Assembly (NCBI RefSeq): GCF_009914755.1
Contig: NC_060946.1
From: the human T2T-CHM13v2.0 reference genome, Homo sapiens
Direction: 5' to 3' (one strand)
Length of the DNA: 64,000 nt
Position 1 is the first letter of the stretch. Every line of letters begins with the position of its first letter. The position numbers were made by a program, and so were the translations under genes. The notes under the pieces were generated by a model. It did not search any database. It saw nothing but the letters and a program-made list of their open reading frames with translations, and was not told where the DNA came from. Shown piece after piece: positions 14,401 to 27,500 of this stretch.

Positions 14401-17400
14401 CTAGTTCTTATGGGAAGATATTTCCTTTTTCACCATAGGCCTCAAAGCGCTCCAAGTTTCCACTTAAACAGATTATACAAAAACAGTGTTTCAAAGCAGC
14501 TCTATGAAACGGAATGTTCAACGCTGTGAGTTGAATGCAAACTTCATAAAGAGGTTTCTGAGATGCTTCTGTCTAGTTTTTACGTGAAGATATTCCCGTT
14601 TCCAACGTAAGCCTCAAAGCTATATAAATAACCACTTGCAGATCATACAAAAAGAGTATTCCAAACTGCTGTATCAAAAGAAAGATTCAATCTGTGAGTT
14701 GACCACACACATCACAAAGAAGTTTCTGAGAATGCATCTGTCTAGTTTTTATGTGAGGGTACTACCTTTTTCACCATAGGCCTCGAAGCAGTCCAAGTGT
14801 CCACTTCCATCTACTACAAAATGAGTGTTTCAGAACTGCTGTATGAAAGGGAATGTTCAACTCTGTGAGTTAAATGCAAACAACACAAAGAAGTTTCAGA
14901 GAATGCTTCTGCCTAGTTTTTATGTGAAGATATTCCCGTTTCCAACAAAATCCTCAAAGCTAGCCAAATATCCACTTGCAGACTCTACAAAAAGAATGTT
15001 TGAAAACTGCTCTATCAAAAGAAAAGTTCAACTCTGTTAGTTGAGTAAACACATCACAAACAAGTTTCACAGAATGCTTCTTTCTCGCTTCTAGGGGAAG
15101 ATATTTCCTTTATCACCATGGGCCTCAAACCGTTCGAAACATCCACTTCCATATACTACAAAAAGAGCGTTTCAAACCTGCTCTATGAAAGGCAATGTTC
15201 AACTCTGTGACTTGAATGCAGACATCACAAAGCAGTTTCTGAGAATGCTTCTGTCTAGATTTTATATGAAGATATTCCCATTTCCAATGAAATCTTCAAA
15301 GATATCCAAATATCCAATTGCAGATTCTACAAAAAGAGTGTATCAAAACTGTTGTGTCAAAAGGAAGGTTAAACTCTGTTAGTTGTGTACATACATCATA
15401 AAGAAGTTTCTGAGAATGTTTCTGTCTAGTGTTTATGGGAAGATATTTGCTTTTTCACCAGAGTTCTCAAAGCGCTCCAAATGTCCACTTCCACATACAA
15501 CAAAAAGAGTGTTTCAAAACTGCTCTATGAAAGGGAGTGTTCAACACTAAGAGTTGAATGCAAACATCACAAACCAGTTTCTGAGAATGCTTCTGTCTAG
15601 ATTTTTTATGAAGATATTCCCATTTCCAACGAAATCTTCAAAGCTATCCAAATATCCACTTGCAGATTCAACAAAAAGAGTGTTTCCAAACTGCTTTATC
15701 AAAACTAAGGCTCAACTCGGTTAGTTGAGTACACGCATCACAAACAAGTTTCTGAAATAGCTTCTGTCTAGATTTTAGGGGAAGATATTTCCTTTTTCAC
15801 CATGGCCCTCAAAACATTCGAATCGTCCACTTCCATATACTACAAAAAGAGCGTTTCAAACCTGCTCTATGAAAGAGAATGTTCAACTCTGTGACTTGAA
15901 TGCAGACATCACAAAGCAGTTTCTGAGAATGCTTCTGTCTAGATTTATACGAAGATACTACGGTTTTCCACGAAATCTTCACAACTATCCAAATATCCAC
16001 TTACAGATTCTATAAAAAGAGTGTATAAAAACTGTCCTGTCAAAAGGAAGTTTCAACTCTGTCATTTGAGTATATACATCATAAAGAAGTTCCTCAGAAT
16101 GTTTCTGTCTAGTGTTTATGGGAAGATATTTGCTTTTTCACCATAGACATCAAAGTGCTCCAAATGTCCACTTGCACATACTACGAAAACAGTGCTTCAA
16201 AGCTGCTCTCTGAAAGGGAATGGTCAACTCCATGAGTTGAATGCAAACGTCACAAAGAAGTTTCTGAGCATGCTTCTGTCTAGATTTTATATGAAGATGT
16301 TCCCGTTTCCAACGAAATCTTCAAATCTATCCAAATATCCACTAGCAGATTCTATAAAAAGTGTTTTTCAAAACTGCTCTATCAAAAGAGAGATCCACCT
16401 CTGTTTGTTGAGTTCTCACGTCACAAACAAGTCTATGAGAATGCTTCTGTCTACTTTATATTTGAAGATATTTCCTTTATCATGATACGCCTGAAAGCTC
16501 TCGAACTGTACACTTCCAGATACTACAGAAAGAGTGTTTCAAACCTGCTCTATGAAAAGGAATGTTCAACTCTGTGACTTGAATGCACACATCACAAAGA
16601 AGTTTCTGAGAATGCTGCTGTCTACTTTTTATTTGTAATCCCGTTTCCAATGAAATCCTCCCAGCTATCCAAATATCCACTTGCAGATTCCACAAAAAGA
16701 GGGTTTCAAAACTGCTGTGTGAATACAAAGGTTCAACTCTGTTAGCTGCGTGCATACAACCCAGAGAAGTTTCTCAGATTGCTTCTGTCTAGTTTTTATG
16801 GGAAGATATTTCCTTTTTCACCATAGGTGTCAAAGTGCTCCAAATGTCCACTTCCAGATACTACAAAAAGAGTGTTTCAAACCTGCTCTGTGATAGGTAG
16901 TATTCAACTCTGTGACTTCAATGCAGATATCACAAAGAAGTTTCTGAGAATGCGTCTGTCGAGATTTTATATGAAGTTATTCCCGTTTCCAACGAAATCC
17001 TGAAACCTATGCAAATATCCCCTCGCAGATTCTACAAAAAGAGTTTTCCAAAACAGCTCTGTAAAAAGAAAGGTTCACCGCTCTTAGTTGAATACACACA
17101 TCACAAAATAGTTTCTCAGAATGCTTCTTTCTACGTTGTAGGGGAAGATTTTTAAGAAGTTTCTGAGAATGCTTCTGTCGAGATTTCATATGAAGTTATT
17201 CCCGTTTCCAACGAAATCCAGAAACCTATGCTAATATCCCCTCGCAGATTCTACAAAAAGAGTTTTCCAAAACAGCTCTGTAAAAAGAAAGATTCACCGC
17301 TGTTAGTTGAATACACACATCACAAACTAGTTTCTCAGAATGCTTCTTTCTACCTTGTAGGGGAAGATTTTTGCATTATCACCATGGCTCTCAAACACTT

Positions 17401-18000
17401 AGAAACGTCCACTTCCATATGTACAAAGAGAGAGTTTCAAACCTGCTGTATCAAAGGGAATGTTCAACTCTGTGACTTGAATGCAGACATCACAAAGCAG
17501 TTTCTGAGAATGCTTCTGTCTAGAATTTCTATGAATATATTCCCGTTTCCAACGAAAACTTCAAGTCTATCCAAATATCCACTTGCAGATTCTACAAATA
17601 GTGTTTCTCATAACTGCCGTATCAAAAAAAAGATCCACCTCCGTTAGTTGAGTTCACACATCACAAACAAGTTTATGAGAATGCTTCTGTCTAGTTTTTA
17701 TTTGAAGATATTTCCTTTCTCACCATAGACCTGAATGCTCTTGCAATGTTCACTTCCAGATACTACAGAAAGAGTGTTTCAAACCTGCTGTACGAAAGGG
17801 AAAGTTGAACTCTGTGACTTGAATGCACACATCACAAAGAAGTTTCTGAGAATGCTGCTGTCTAACTTTTATATGTAATTCCGTTTCCAACGAAATCCTC
17901 CAAGCTATCCAAATATCCACTTGCAGATTCCACAAAAAGAGGTTTTAAAAACTACTCTCTCAATACAAAGATTCAACTCTGTTAGCTGCGTGCATATGTC
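14401..18000 (-). repeat. Transition-zone alpha satellite: atypical monomers, then diverged and rearranged copies of the 8-mer HOR
   Basis: HOR-specific motifs first appear in degenerate form (gtttcacagaatgcttctttct at ~15064, gatccacctctg at ~16392, cccctcgcagat at ~17019), with irregular spacing and a 219-bp duplication. Confidence 0.85.
16935..17372. repeat. 219-bp tandem duplication, out of monomer register
   Basis: aagaagtttctgagaatg...ggggaagattttt at 16935-17153 and again at 17154-17372, sharing private variants (gaagttattccc, aacctatgc, gagttttccaaaacagc). Confidence 0.9.
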
Positions 18001-18569
18001 TCAAAGAAGATTCTGAGATTGCTTCTGTCTAGTTTTTAGGGGAAGATATTTCCTTTTTCACAATAGGCGTCAAAGCGATCCAAATGTCCAATTCCAGATA
18101 CTACAAAAAGAGTGTTTCAAACCTACTCTGTGAAAGGGAGTATTCAAGTCTGTGACTTCAATGCAGATATCACAATGAAGTTTCTGAGAATGCTTCGGTC
18201 TTCTGTCGAGATTTTATATGAAGATATTCCCTTTTCCAACGAAATCCTGAAATCTATCCAAATATCCCCTCGCAGATTCTACAAAAAGAGTGTTTCAAAA
18301 CTGCTCTGTAAAAAGAAAGGTTCAACTCTGTTAGCTGAGTACACACATCACAAACAAGTTTCACAGAATGTTTCTTTCTAGCTTGTAGGTGAAGATATTT
18401 CCTTTATCAACATGGGGCTCAAACCGTCCGAAACGTCCACTTCCATATACTACAAAAAGAGCATTTCAAACCTGCTCTATGAAAGGCAAAGTTCAACTCT
18501 GTGACTTCAATGCAGACATCACAGAGCAGTTTCAGAGAATGCTTCTGTCTAGATTTTATAGGAAGATAT

Positions 18570-18586
18570 TCCCGTTTCCAACGAAA
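18570..18586 (-). promoter_or_regulatory. Intact CENP-B box (example); four box positions per 8-mer, spaced ~340 bp apart
   Basis: TCCCGTTTCCAACGAAA. The four contexts are taggaagatat-, gatatgaagatat-, tacgtaa- and cgagattttatatgaagatat-. Confidence 0.92.
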
Positions 18587-21500
18587 TCTTCACAACTATC
18601 CAAATATCCACTTGCAGATTCTACAAAAAGAGTGTATCAAAACTGCTCTGTCAAAAGGAAAGTTCTTCTCTGCTAGTTGAGTACATACGTCATAAAGAAG
18701 TTTCTGAGAATGTTTCTGTCTAGTGGTTATGGGAAGATATTTGCTTTTTCACCGTAGGCCTCAGAGCGCTCCAAATGTCCACTTGCACATGCTACAAAAA
18801 GAGTGCTTCAAAGCTGCTCTCTGAAAGGGAATGTTCAACTCTATGAGTTGAATGCAAACATCACAAAGACGTTTCTGAGAATGCTTCTGTCTAGATTTGA
18901 TATGAAGATATTCCCGTTTCCAACGAAATCTTCAAATCTATCCAAATGTCCACTTGCAGATTCAACAAAAAGTGTTTTTCAAAACTGCTGTATCAAAAGA
19001 AAGATCCACCTCTGTTAGCTGAGTTCACACATCACAAACAAGTTTATGAGAATGCTTCTGTCTAGTTTTTATTTGAAGATATTTCCTTTCTCACCATAGA
19101 CCTGAAAGCTGTCCTAATGTTCACTTCCAGATACTACAGAAAGAGTGTTTCAAAACTGCTGTACGAAAGGGAATGTTCAACTCTGTGACTTGAATGCACA
19201 CATCACAAAGAAGTTTCTGAGGATGCTGCTGTCTACTTTTTATACGTAATCCCGTTTCCAAAGAAATCCTCCAAGCTATCCAAATATCCACTTGCAGATA
19301 CCACAGAAAGACTGTTTCAAAACTGCTCTGTCAATAGAAAGGTTCAACTCTGTTAGCTGCGTCCATATATCTCAAAGAGGATTCTGAGATTGCTTCTGTC
19401 TAGTTTTTATGAGAAGATATTTCCCTTTTCACCGTAGGTGTCAAGGCGCTCCAAATGTCCACTTCCAGATACTACAAAAAGAGTGTTTCAAACCTACTCT
19501 GTGAAAGGGAATATTCAACTCTGTGACTTGAATGCAGATATCACAAAGAAGTTTCTGAGAATGCTTCTGTCGAGATTTTATATGAAGATATTCCCGTTTC
19601 CAACGAAATCCTGAAATCTATCCAAATATCCCCTCGCAGATTCTACAAAAAGAGTGTTTCAAAACTGCTCTGTAAAAAGAAAGGTTCAACTCTGTTAGTT
19701 GAGTACACACAGCACAAACAAGTTTCACAGAATGCTTCTTTCTAGCTTGTAGGGGAAGATATTCCCTTTATCACCATGGGCCTCAAACCGTCCGAAACGT
19801 CCACTTCCATATACTACAAAAAGAGTGTTTGAAACCTCCTCTATGAAAGGCAATGTTCAACTCTGTGACTTGAATGCAGACATCACAGAGCAGTTTCTGA
19901 GAATGCTTCTGTCTAGATTTTATATTCCCGTTTCCAACAAAATCTTCACAGCTATCCAAATATCCACTTGCAGATTCTACAAAAAGAGTGTATCAAAACT
20001 GCTCTGTCAAAAGGAAGGTTCTTCTCTATTAGTTGAGTACATACGTCATAAAGGAGTTTCTGAGAATGTTTCTGTCTAGTGGTTATGGGAAGATATTTGA
20101 TTTTTCACCGTAGGCCTCAGAGCGCTCCAAATATCCACTTGCACATACTACAAAAAGAGTGCTTCAAAGCTGCTCTCTGAAAGGGAATGTTAAACTCTAT
20201 GAGTTGAATGCAAACATCACAAAGACGTTTCTGAGAATTCTTCTGTCTAGATTTGATATGAAGATATTCCCGTTTCCAAGGAAATCTTCAAATCTATCCA
20301 AATGTACACTTGCAGATTCAACAAAAAGTGTTTTTCAGAACTGCTCTATCAAAAGAAAGATCCACCTCTGTTAGCTGAGTTCACACATCACAAACAAGTT
20401 TATGAGAATGCTTCTGTCTAGTTTTTATTTGAAAATATTTCCTTTCTCACCATAGACCTGAAAGCTGTCCTAATGTTCACTTCCAGATACTACAGAAAGA
20501 GTGTTTCAAAACTGCTGTACGAAAGGGAATGTTCAACTCTGTGACTTGAATGCACACATCACAAAGAAGTTTCTGAGGATGCTGCTGTCTACTTTTTATA
20601 CGTAATCCCGTTTCCAGCGAAATCCTCCAATCTATCCAAATATCCACTTGCAGATTCCACAGAAAGACTGTTTCAAAACTGCTCTGTCAATAGAAAGGTT
20701 CAACTCTGTTAGCTGCCTGCATATATCCCAAAGAAGATTCTGAGATTGCTGCTGTCAAGTTTTTATGGGAAGATATTTCCCTTTTCACCGTAGGCGTCAA
20801 GGCGCTCCAAATGTCCACTTCCAGATACTACAAAAAGAGTGTTTCAAACCTACTCTGTGAAAGGGAATATTCAACTCTGTGACTTGAATGCAGATATCAC
20901 AAAGAAGTTTCTGAGAATGCTTCTGTCGAGATTTTATATGAAGATATTCCCGTTTCCAACAAAATCCTGAAATCTATCCAAATATCCCCTCGCAGATTCT
21001 ACAAAAAGAGTGTTTCAAAACTGCTCTGTAAAAAGAAAGGTTCAACTCTGTTAGTTGAGTACACACATCACAAACAAGTTTCACAGAATGCTTCTTTCTA
21101 CCTGGTAGGGGAAGATATTCCCTTTATCACCATGGGCCTCAAACCGTCTGAAACGTCCACTTCCATATACTGCAAAAAGAGCGTTTCAAACCTGCTCTAT
21201 GAAAGGCAATGTTCCACTCTGTGACTTGAATGCAGACATCACAGAGCAGTTTCTGAGAATGCTTCTGTCTAGATTTTATAGGAAGATATTCCCGTTTCCA
21301 ATGAAATCTTCACAGCTATCCAAATATCCACTTGCAGATTCTACAAAAAGAGTGTATCAAAAATGCTCTGTCAAAAGGAAGGTTCTTCTCCGTTAGTTGA
21401 GTACATACGTCATAAAGGAGTTTCTGAGAATGTTTCTGTCTAGTGGTTATGGGAAGATATTTGATTTTTCACCGTAGGCCTCAGAGCGCTCCAAATATCC

Positions 21501-24500
21501 ACTTCCACATACTACAAAAAGAGTGCTTCAAAGCTGCTCTCTGAAAGGGAATGTTCAACTCTATGAGTTGAATGCAAACATCTCAAAGACGTTTCTGAGA
21601 ATGCTTCTGTCTAGATTTGATATGAAGATATTCCCGTTTCCAACAAAATCTTCAAATCTATCCAAATGTCCACTTGCAGATTCAACAAAAAGTGTTTTTC
21701 AGAACTGCTCTATCAAAAGAAAGATCCACCTCTGTTAGCTGAGTTCACACATCACAAACAAGTTTATGAGAATGCTTCTGTCTAGTTTTTATTTGAAGAT
21801 ATTTCCTTTCTCACCATAGACCTGAAAGCTGTCCTACTGTTCACTTCCAGATACTACAGAAGGAGTGTTTCAAAACTGCCATACGAAAGGGAATGTTCAA
21901 CTCTGTGACTTGAATGCACACATCACAAAGAAGTTTCTGAGGATGCTGCTGTCTACTTTTTATACGTAATCCCGTTTCCAACGAAATCCTCCAAGCTATC
22001 CAAATATCCACTTGCAGATTCCACAAAAAGACTGTTTCAAAACTGCTCTGTCAATAGAAAGGTTCAACTCTGTTAGCTGCGTGGATATATCCCAAAGAAA
22101 ATTCTGAGATTGCTTCTGTCTAGTTTTTATGGGAAGATATTTCCCTTTTAACCATAGGCGTCAAGGCGCTCCAAATGTCCACTTCCAGATACTACAAAAA
22201 GAGTGTTTCAAACCTACTCTGTGAAAGGGAATATTCACCTCTGTGACTTGAATGCAGATATCACAAAGAAGTTTCTGAGAATGCTTCTGTCGAGATTTTA
22301 TATGAAGATATTCCCGTTTCCAACGAAATCCTGAAATGTATCCAAATATCCCCTCGCAGATTCTACAAAAAGAGTGTTTCAAAACTGCTCTGTAAAAAGA
22401 AAGGTTCAACTCTGTTAGTTGAGTACACACATCACAAACAAGTTTCACAGAATGCTTCTTTCTAGCTGGTAGGGGACGATATTCCCTTTATCACCATGGG
22501 CCTCAAACCGTCCGAAACGTCCACTTCCATATACTACAAAAAGAGCGTTTCAAACCTGCTCTATGAAAGGCAATGTTCAACTCTGTGACTTGAATGCAGA
22601 CATCACAGAGCAGTTTCTGAGAATGCTTCTGTCTAGATTTTATAGGAAGATATTCCCGTTTCCAACGAAATCTTCACAGCTATCCAAATATCCACTTGCA
22701 GATTCTACAAAAAGAGTGTATCAAAACTGCTCTCTCAAAAGGAAGGTTCTTCTCTGCTAGTTGAGTACATACGTCATAAAGAAGTTTCTGAGAATGTTTC
22801 TGTCTAGTGGTTATGGGAAGATATTTGCTTTTTCACCGTAGGCCTCAGAGCGCTCCAAATGTCCACTTGCACATGCTACAAAAAGAGTGCTTCAAAGCTG
22901 CTCTCTGAAAGGGAATGTTCAACTCTATGAGTTGAATGCAAACATCACAAAGACGTTTCTGAGAATGCTTCTGTCTAGATTTGATATGAAGATATTCCCG
23001 TTTCCAACGAAATCTTCAAATCTATCCAAATGTCCACTTGCAGATTCAACAAAAAGTGTTTTTCAAAACTGCTGTAACAAAAGAAAGATCCGCCTCTGTT
23101 AGCTGAGTTCACACATCACAAACAAGTTTATGAGAATGCTTCTGTCTAGTTTTTATTTGAAGATATTTAATTTCTCACCATAGACCTGAAAGCTGTCCTA
23201 ATGTTCACTTCCAGATACTACAGAAAGAGTGTTTCAAAACTGCTGTACGAAAGGGAATGTTCAACTCTGTGACTTGAATGCACACATCACAAAGAAGTTT
23301 CTGAGGATGCTGCTGTCTACTTTTTATACGTAATCCCGTTTCCAACAAAATCCTCCAAGCTATCCAAATATCCACTTGCAGATACCACAGAAAGACTGTT
23401 TCAAAACTGCTCTGTCAATAGAAAGGTTCAATTCTGTTAGCTGCGTGCATATATCCCAAAGAGGATTCTGAGATTGCTTCTGTCTAGTTTTTATGAGAAG
23501 ATATTTCCCTTTTCACCGTAGGTGTCAAGGCGCTCCAAATGTCCACTTCCAGATACTACAAAAAGAGTGTTTCAAACCTACTCTGTGAAAGGGAATATTC
23601 AACTCTGTGACTTGAATGCAGATATCACAAAGAAGTTTCTGAGAATGCTTCTGTCGAGATTTTATATGAAGATATTCCCGTTTCCAACGAAATCCTGAAA
23701 TCTATCCAAATATCCCCTCGCAGATTCTACAAAAAGAGTGTTTCAAAACTGCTCTGTAAAAAGAAAGGTTCAACTCTGTTAGTTGAGTACACACAGCACA
23801 AAAAAGTTTCACAGAATGCTTCTTTCTAGCTTGTAGGGGAAGATATTCCCTTTATCACCATGGGCCTCAAACCGTCCGAAACGTCCACTTCCATATACTA
23901 CAAAAAGAGTGTTTGAAACCTCCTCTATGAAAGGCAATGTTCAACTCTGTGACTTGAATGCAGACATCACAGAGCAGTTTCTGAGAATGCTTCTGTCTAG
24001 ATTTTATATTCCCGTTTCCAACAAAATCTTCACAGCTATCCAAATATCCACTTGCAGATTCTACAAAAAGAGTGTATCAAAACTGCTCTGTCAAAAGGAA
24101 GGTTCTTCTCTGTTAGTTGAGTACATACGTCATAAAGGAGTTTCTGAGAATGTTTCTGTCTAGTGGTTATGGGAAGATATTTGCTTTTTCACCGTAGGCC
24201 TCAGAGCACTCCAAATATCCACTTGCACATACTACAAAAAGAGTGCTTCAAAGCTGCTCTCTGAAAGGGAATGTTCAACTCTATGAGTTGAATGCAAACA
24301 TCACAAAGACGTTTCTGAGAATGCTTCTGTCTAGATTTGATATGAAGATATTCCCGTTTCCAAGGAAATCTTCAAATCTATCCAAATGTCCACTTGCAGA
24401 TTCAACAAAAAGTGTTTTTCAGAACTGCTCTATCAAAAGAAAGATCCACCTCTGTTAGCTGAGTTCACACATCACAAACAAGTTTATGAGAATGCTTCTG

Positions 24501-27500
24501 TCTAGTTTTTATTTGAAAATATTTCCTTTCTCACCATAGACCTGAAAGCTGTCCTAATGTTCACTTCCAGATACTACAGAAAGAGTGTTTCAAAACTGCT
24601 GTACGAAAGGGAATGTTCAACTCTGTGACTTGAATGCACACATCACAAAGAAGTTTCTGAGGATGCTGCTGTCTACTTTTTATACGTAATCCCGTTTCCA
24701 GCGAAATCCTCCAATCTATCCAAATATCCACTTGCAGATTCCACAGAAAGACTGTTTCAAAACTGCTCTGTCAATAGAAAGGTTCAACTCTGTTAGCTGC
24801 CTGCATATATCCCAAAGAAGATTCTGAGATTGATGCTGTCAAGTTTTTATGGGAAGATATTACCCTTTTCACCGTAGGCGTCAAGGCGCTCCAAATGTCC
24901 ACTTCCAGATACTACAAAAAGAGTGTTTCAAACCTACTCTGTGAAAGGGAATATTCAACTCTGTGACTTGAATGCAGATATCACAAAGAAGTTTCTGAGA
25001 ATGCTTCTGTCGAGATTTTATATGAAGATATTCCCGTTTCCAACAAAATCCTGAAATCTATCCAAATATCCCCTCGCAGATTCTACAAAAAGAGTGTTTC
25101 AAAACTGCTCTGTAAAAAGAAAGGTTCAACTCTGTTAGTTGAGTACACACATCACAAACAAGTTTCACAGAATGCTTCTTTCTACCTGGTAGGGGAAGAT
25201 ATTCCCTTTATCACCATGGGCCTCAAACCGTCCGAAAGGTCCACTTCCATATACTGCAAAAAGAGGGTTTCAAACCTGCTCTATGAAAGGCAATGTTCAA
25301 CTCTGTGACTTGAATGCAGACATCACAGAGCAGTTTCTGAGAATGCTTCTGTCTAGATTTTATAGGAAGATATTCCCGTTTCCAATGAAATCTTCACAGC
25401 TATCCAAATATCCACTTGCAGATTCTACAAAAAGAGTGTATCAAAAATGCTCTGTCAAAAGGAAGGTTCTTCTCCGTTAGTTGAGTACATACGTCATAAA
25501 GGAGTTTCTGAGAATGTTTCTGTCTAGTGGTTATGGGAAGATATTTGATTTTTCACCGTAGGCCTCAGAGCGCTCCAAATATCCACTTCCACATACTACA
25601 AAAAGAGTGCTTCAAAGCTGCTCTCTGAAAGGGAATGTTCAACTCTATGAGTTGAATGCAAACATCTCAAAGACGTTTCTGAGAATGCTTCTGTCTAGAT
25701 TTGATATGAAGATATTCCCGTTTCCAACAAAATCTTAAAATCTATCCAAATGTCCACTTGCAGATTCAACAAAAAGTGTTTTTCAGAACTGCTCTATCAA
25801 AAGAAAGATCCACCTCTGTTAGCTGACTTCACACATCACAAACAAGTTTATGAGAATGCTTCTGTCTAGTTTTTATTTGAAGATATTTCCTTTCTCACCA
25901 TAGACCTGAAAGCTGTCCTAATGTTCACTTCCAGATACTACAGAAAGAGTGTTTCAAAACTGCCGTACGAAAGGGAATGTTCAACTCTGTGACTTGAATG
26001 CACACATCACAAAGAAGTTTCTGAGGATGCTGCTGTCTACTTTTTATACGTAATCCCGTTTCCAACGAAATCCTCCAAGCTATCCAAATATCCACTTGCA
26101 GATTCCACAGAAAGACTGTTTCAAAACTGCTCTGTCAATAGAAAGGTTCAACTCTGTTAGCTGCGTGGATATATCCCAAAGAAAATTCTGAGATTGCTTC
26201 TGTCTAGTTTTTATGGGAAGATATTTCCCTTTTAACCATAGGCGTCAAGGCGCTCCAAATGTCCACTTCCAGATACTACAAAAAGAGTGTTTCAAACCTA
26301 CTCTGTGAAAGGGAATATTCACCTCTGTGACTTGAATGCAGATATCACAAAGAAGTTTCTGAGAATGCTTCTGTCGAGATTTTATATGAAGATATTCCCG
26401 TTTCCAACGAAATCCTGAAATGTATCCAAATATCCCCTCGCAGATTCTACAAAAAGAGTGTTTCAAAACTGCTCTGTAAAAAGAAAGGTTCAACTCTGTT
26501 AGTTGAGTACACACATCACAAACAAGTTTCACAGAATGCTTCTTTCTAGCTGGTAGGGGACGATATTCCCTTTATCACCATGGGCCTCAAACCGTCCGAA
26601 ACGTCCACTTCCATATACTACAAAAAGAGCGTTTCAAACCTGCTCTATGAAAGGCAATGTTCAACTCTGTGACTTGAATGCAGACATCACAGAGCAGTTT
26701 CTGAGAATGCTTCTGTCTAGATTTTATAGGAAGATATTCCCGTTTCCAACGAAATCTTCACAGCTATCCAAATATCCACTTGCAGTTTCTACAAAAAGAG
26801 TGTATCAAAACTGCTCTCTCAAAAGGAAGGTTCTTCTCTGTTAGTTGAGTACATACGTCATAAAGGAGTTTCTGAGAAAGTTTCTGTCTAGTGGTTATGG
26901 GAAGATATTTGCTTTTTCACCGTAGGCCTCAGAGCGCTCCAAATATCCACTTGCACATACTACAAAAAGAGTGCTTCAAAGCTGCTCTCTGAAAGGGAAT
27001 GTTCAACTCTATGAGTTGAATGCAAACATCACAAAGACGTTTCTGAGAATGCTTCTGTCTAGATTTGATATGAAGATATTCCCGTTTCCAACGAAATCTT
27101 CAAATCTATCCAAATGTCCACTTGCAGATTCAACAAAAAGTGTTTTTCAGAACTGCTCTATCAAAAGAAAGATCCACCTCTGTTAGCTGAGTTCACACAT
27201 CACAAACAAGTTTATGAGAATGCTTCTGTCTAGTTTTTATTTGAAGATATTTCCTTTCTCACCATAGACCTGAAAGCTGTCCTAATGTTCACTTCCAGAT
27301 ACTACAGAAAGAGTGTTTCAAAACTGCTGTACGAAAGGGAATGTTCAACTCTGTGACTTGAATGCACACATCACAAAGAAGTTTCTGAGGATGCTGCTGT
27401 CTACTTTTTATACGTAATCCCGTTTCCAACGAAATCCTCCAAGCTATCCAAATATCCACTTGCAGATACCACAGAAAGACTGTTTCAAAACTGCTCTGTC

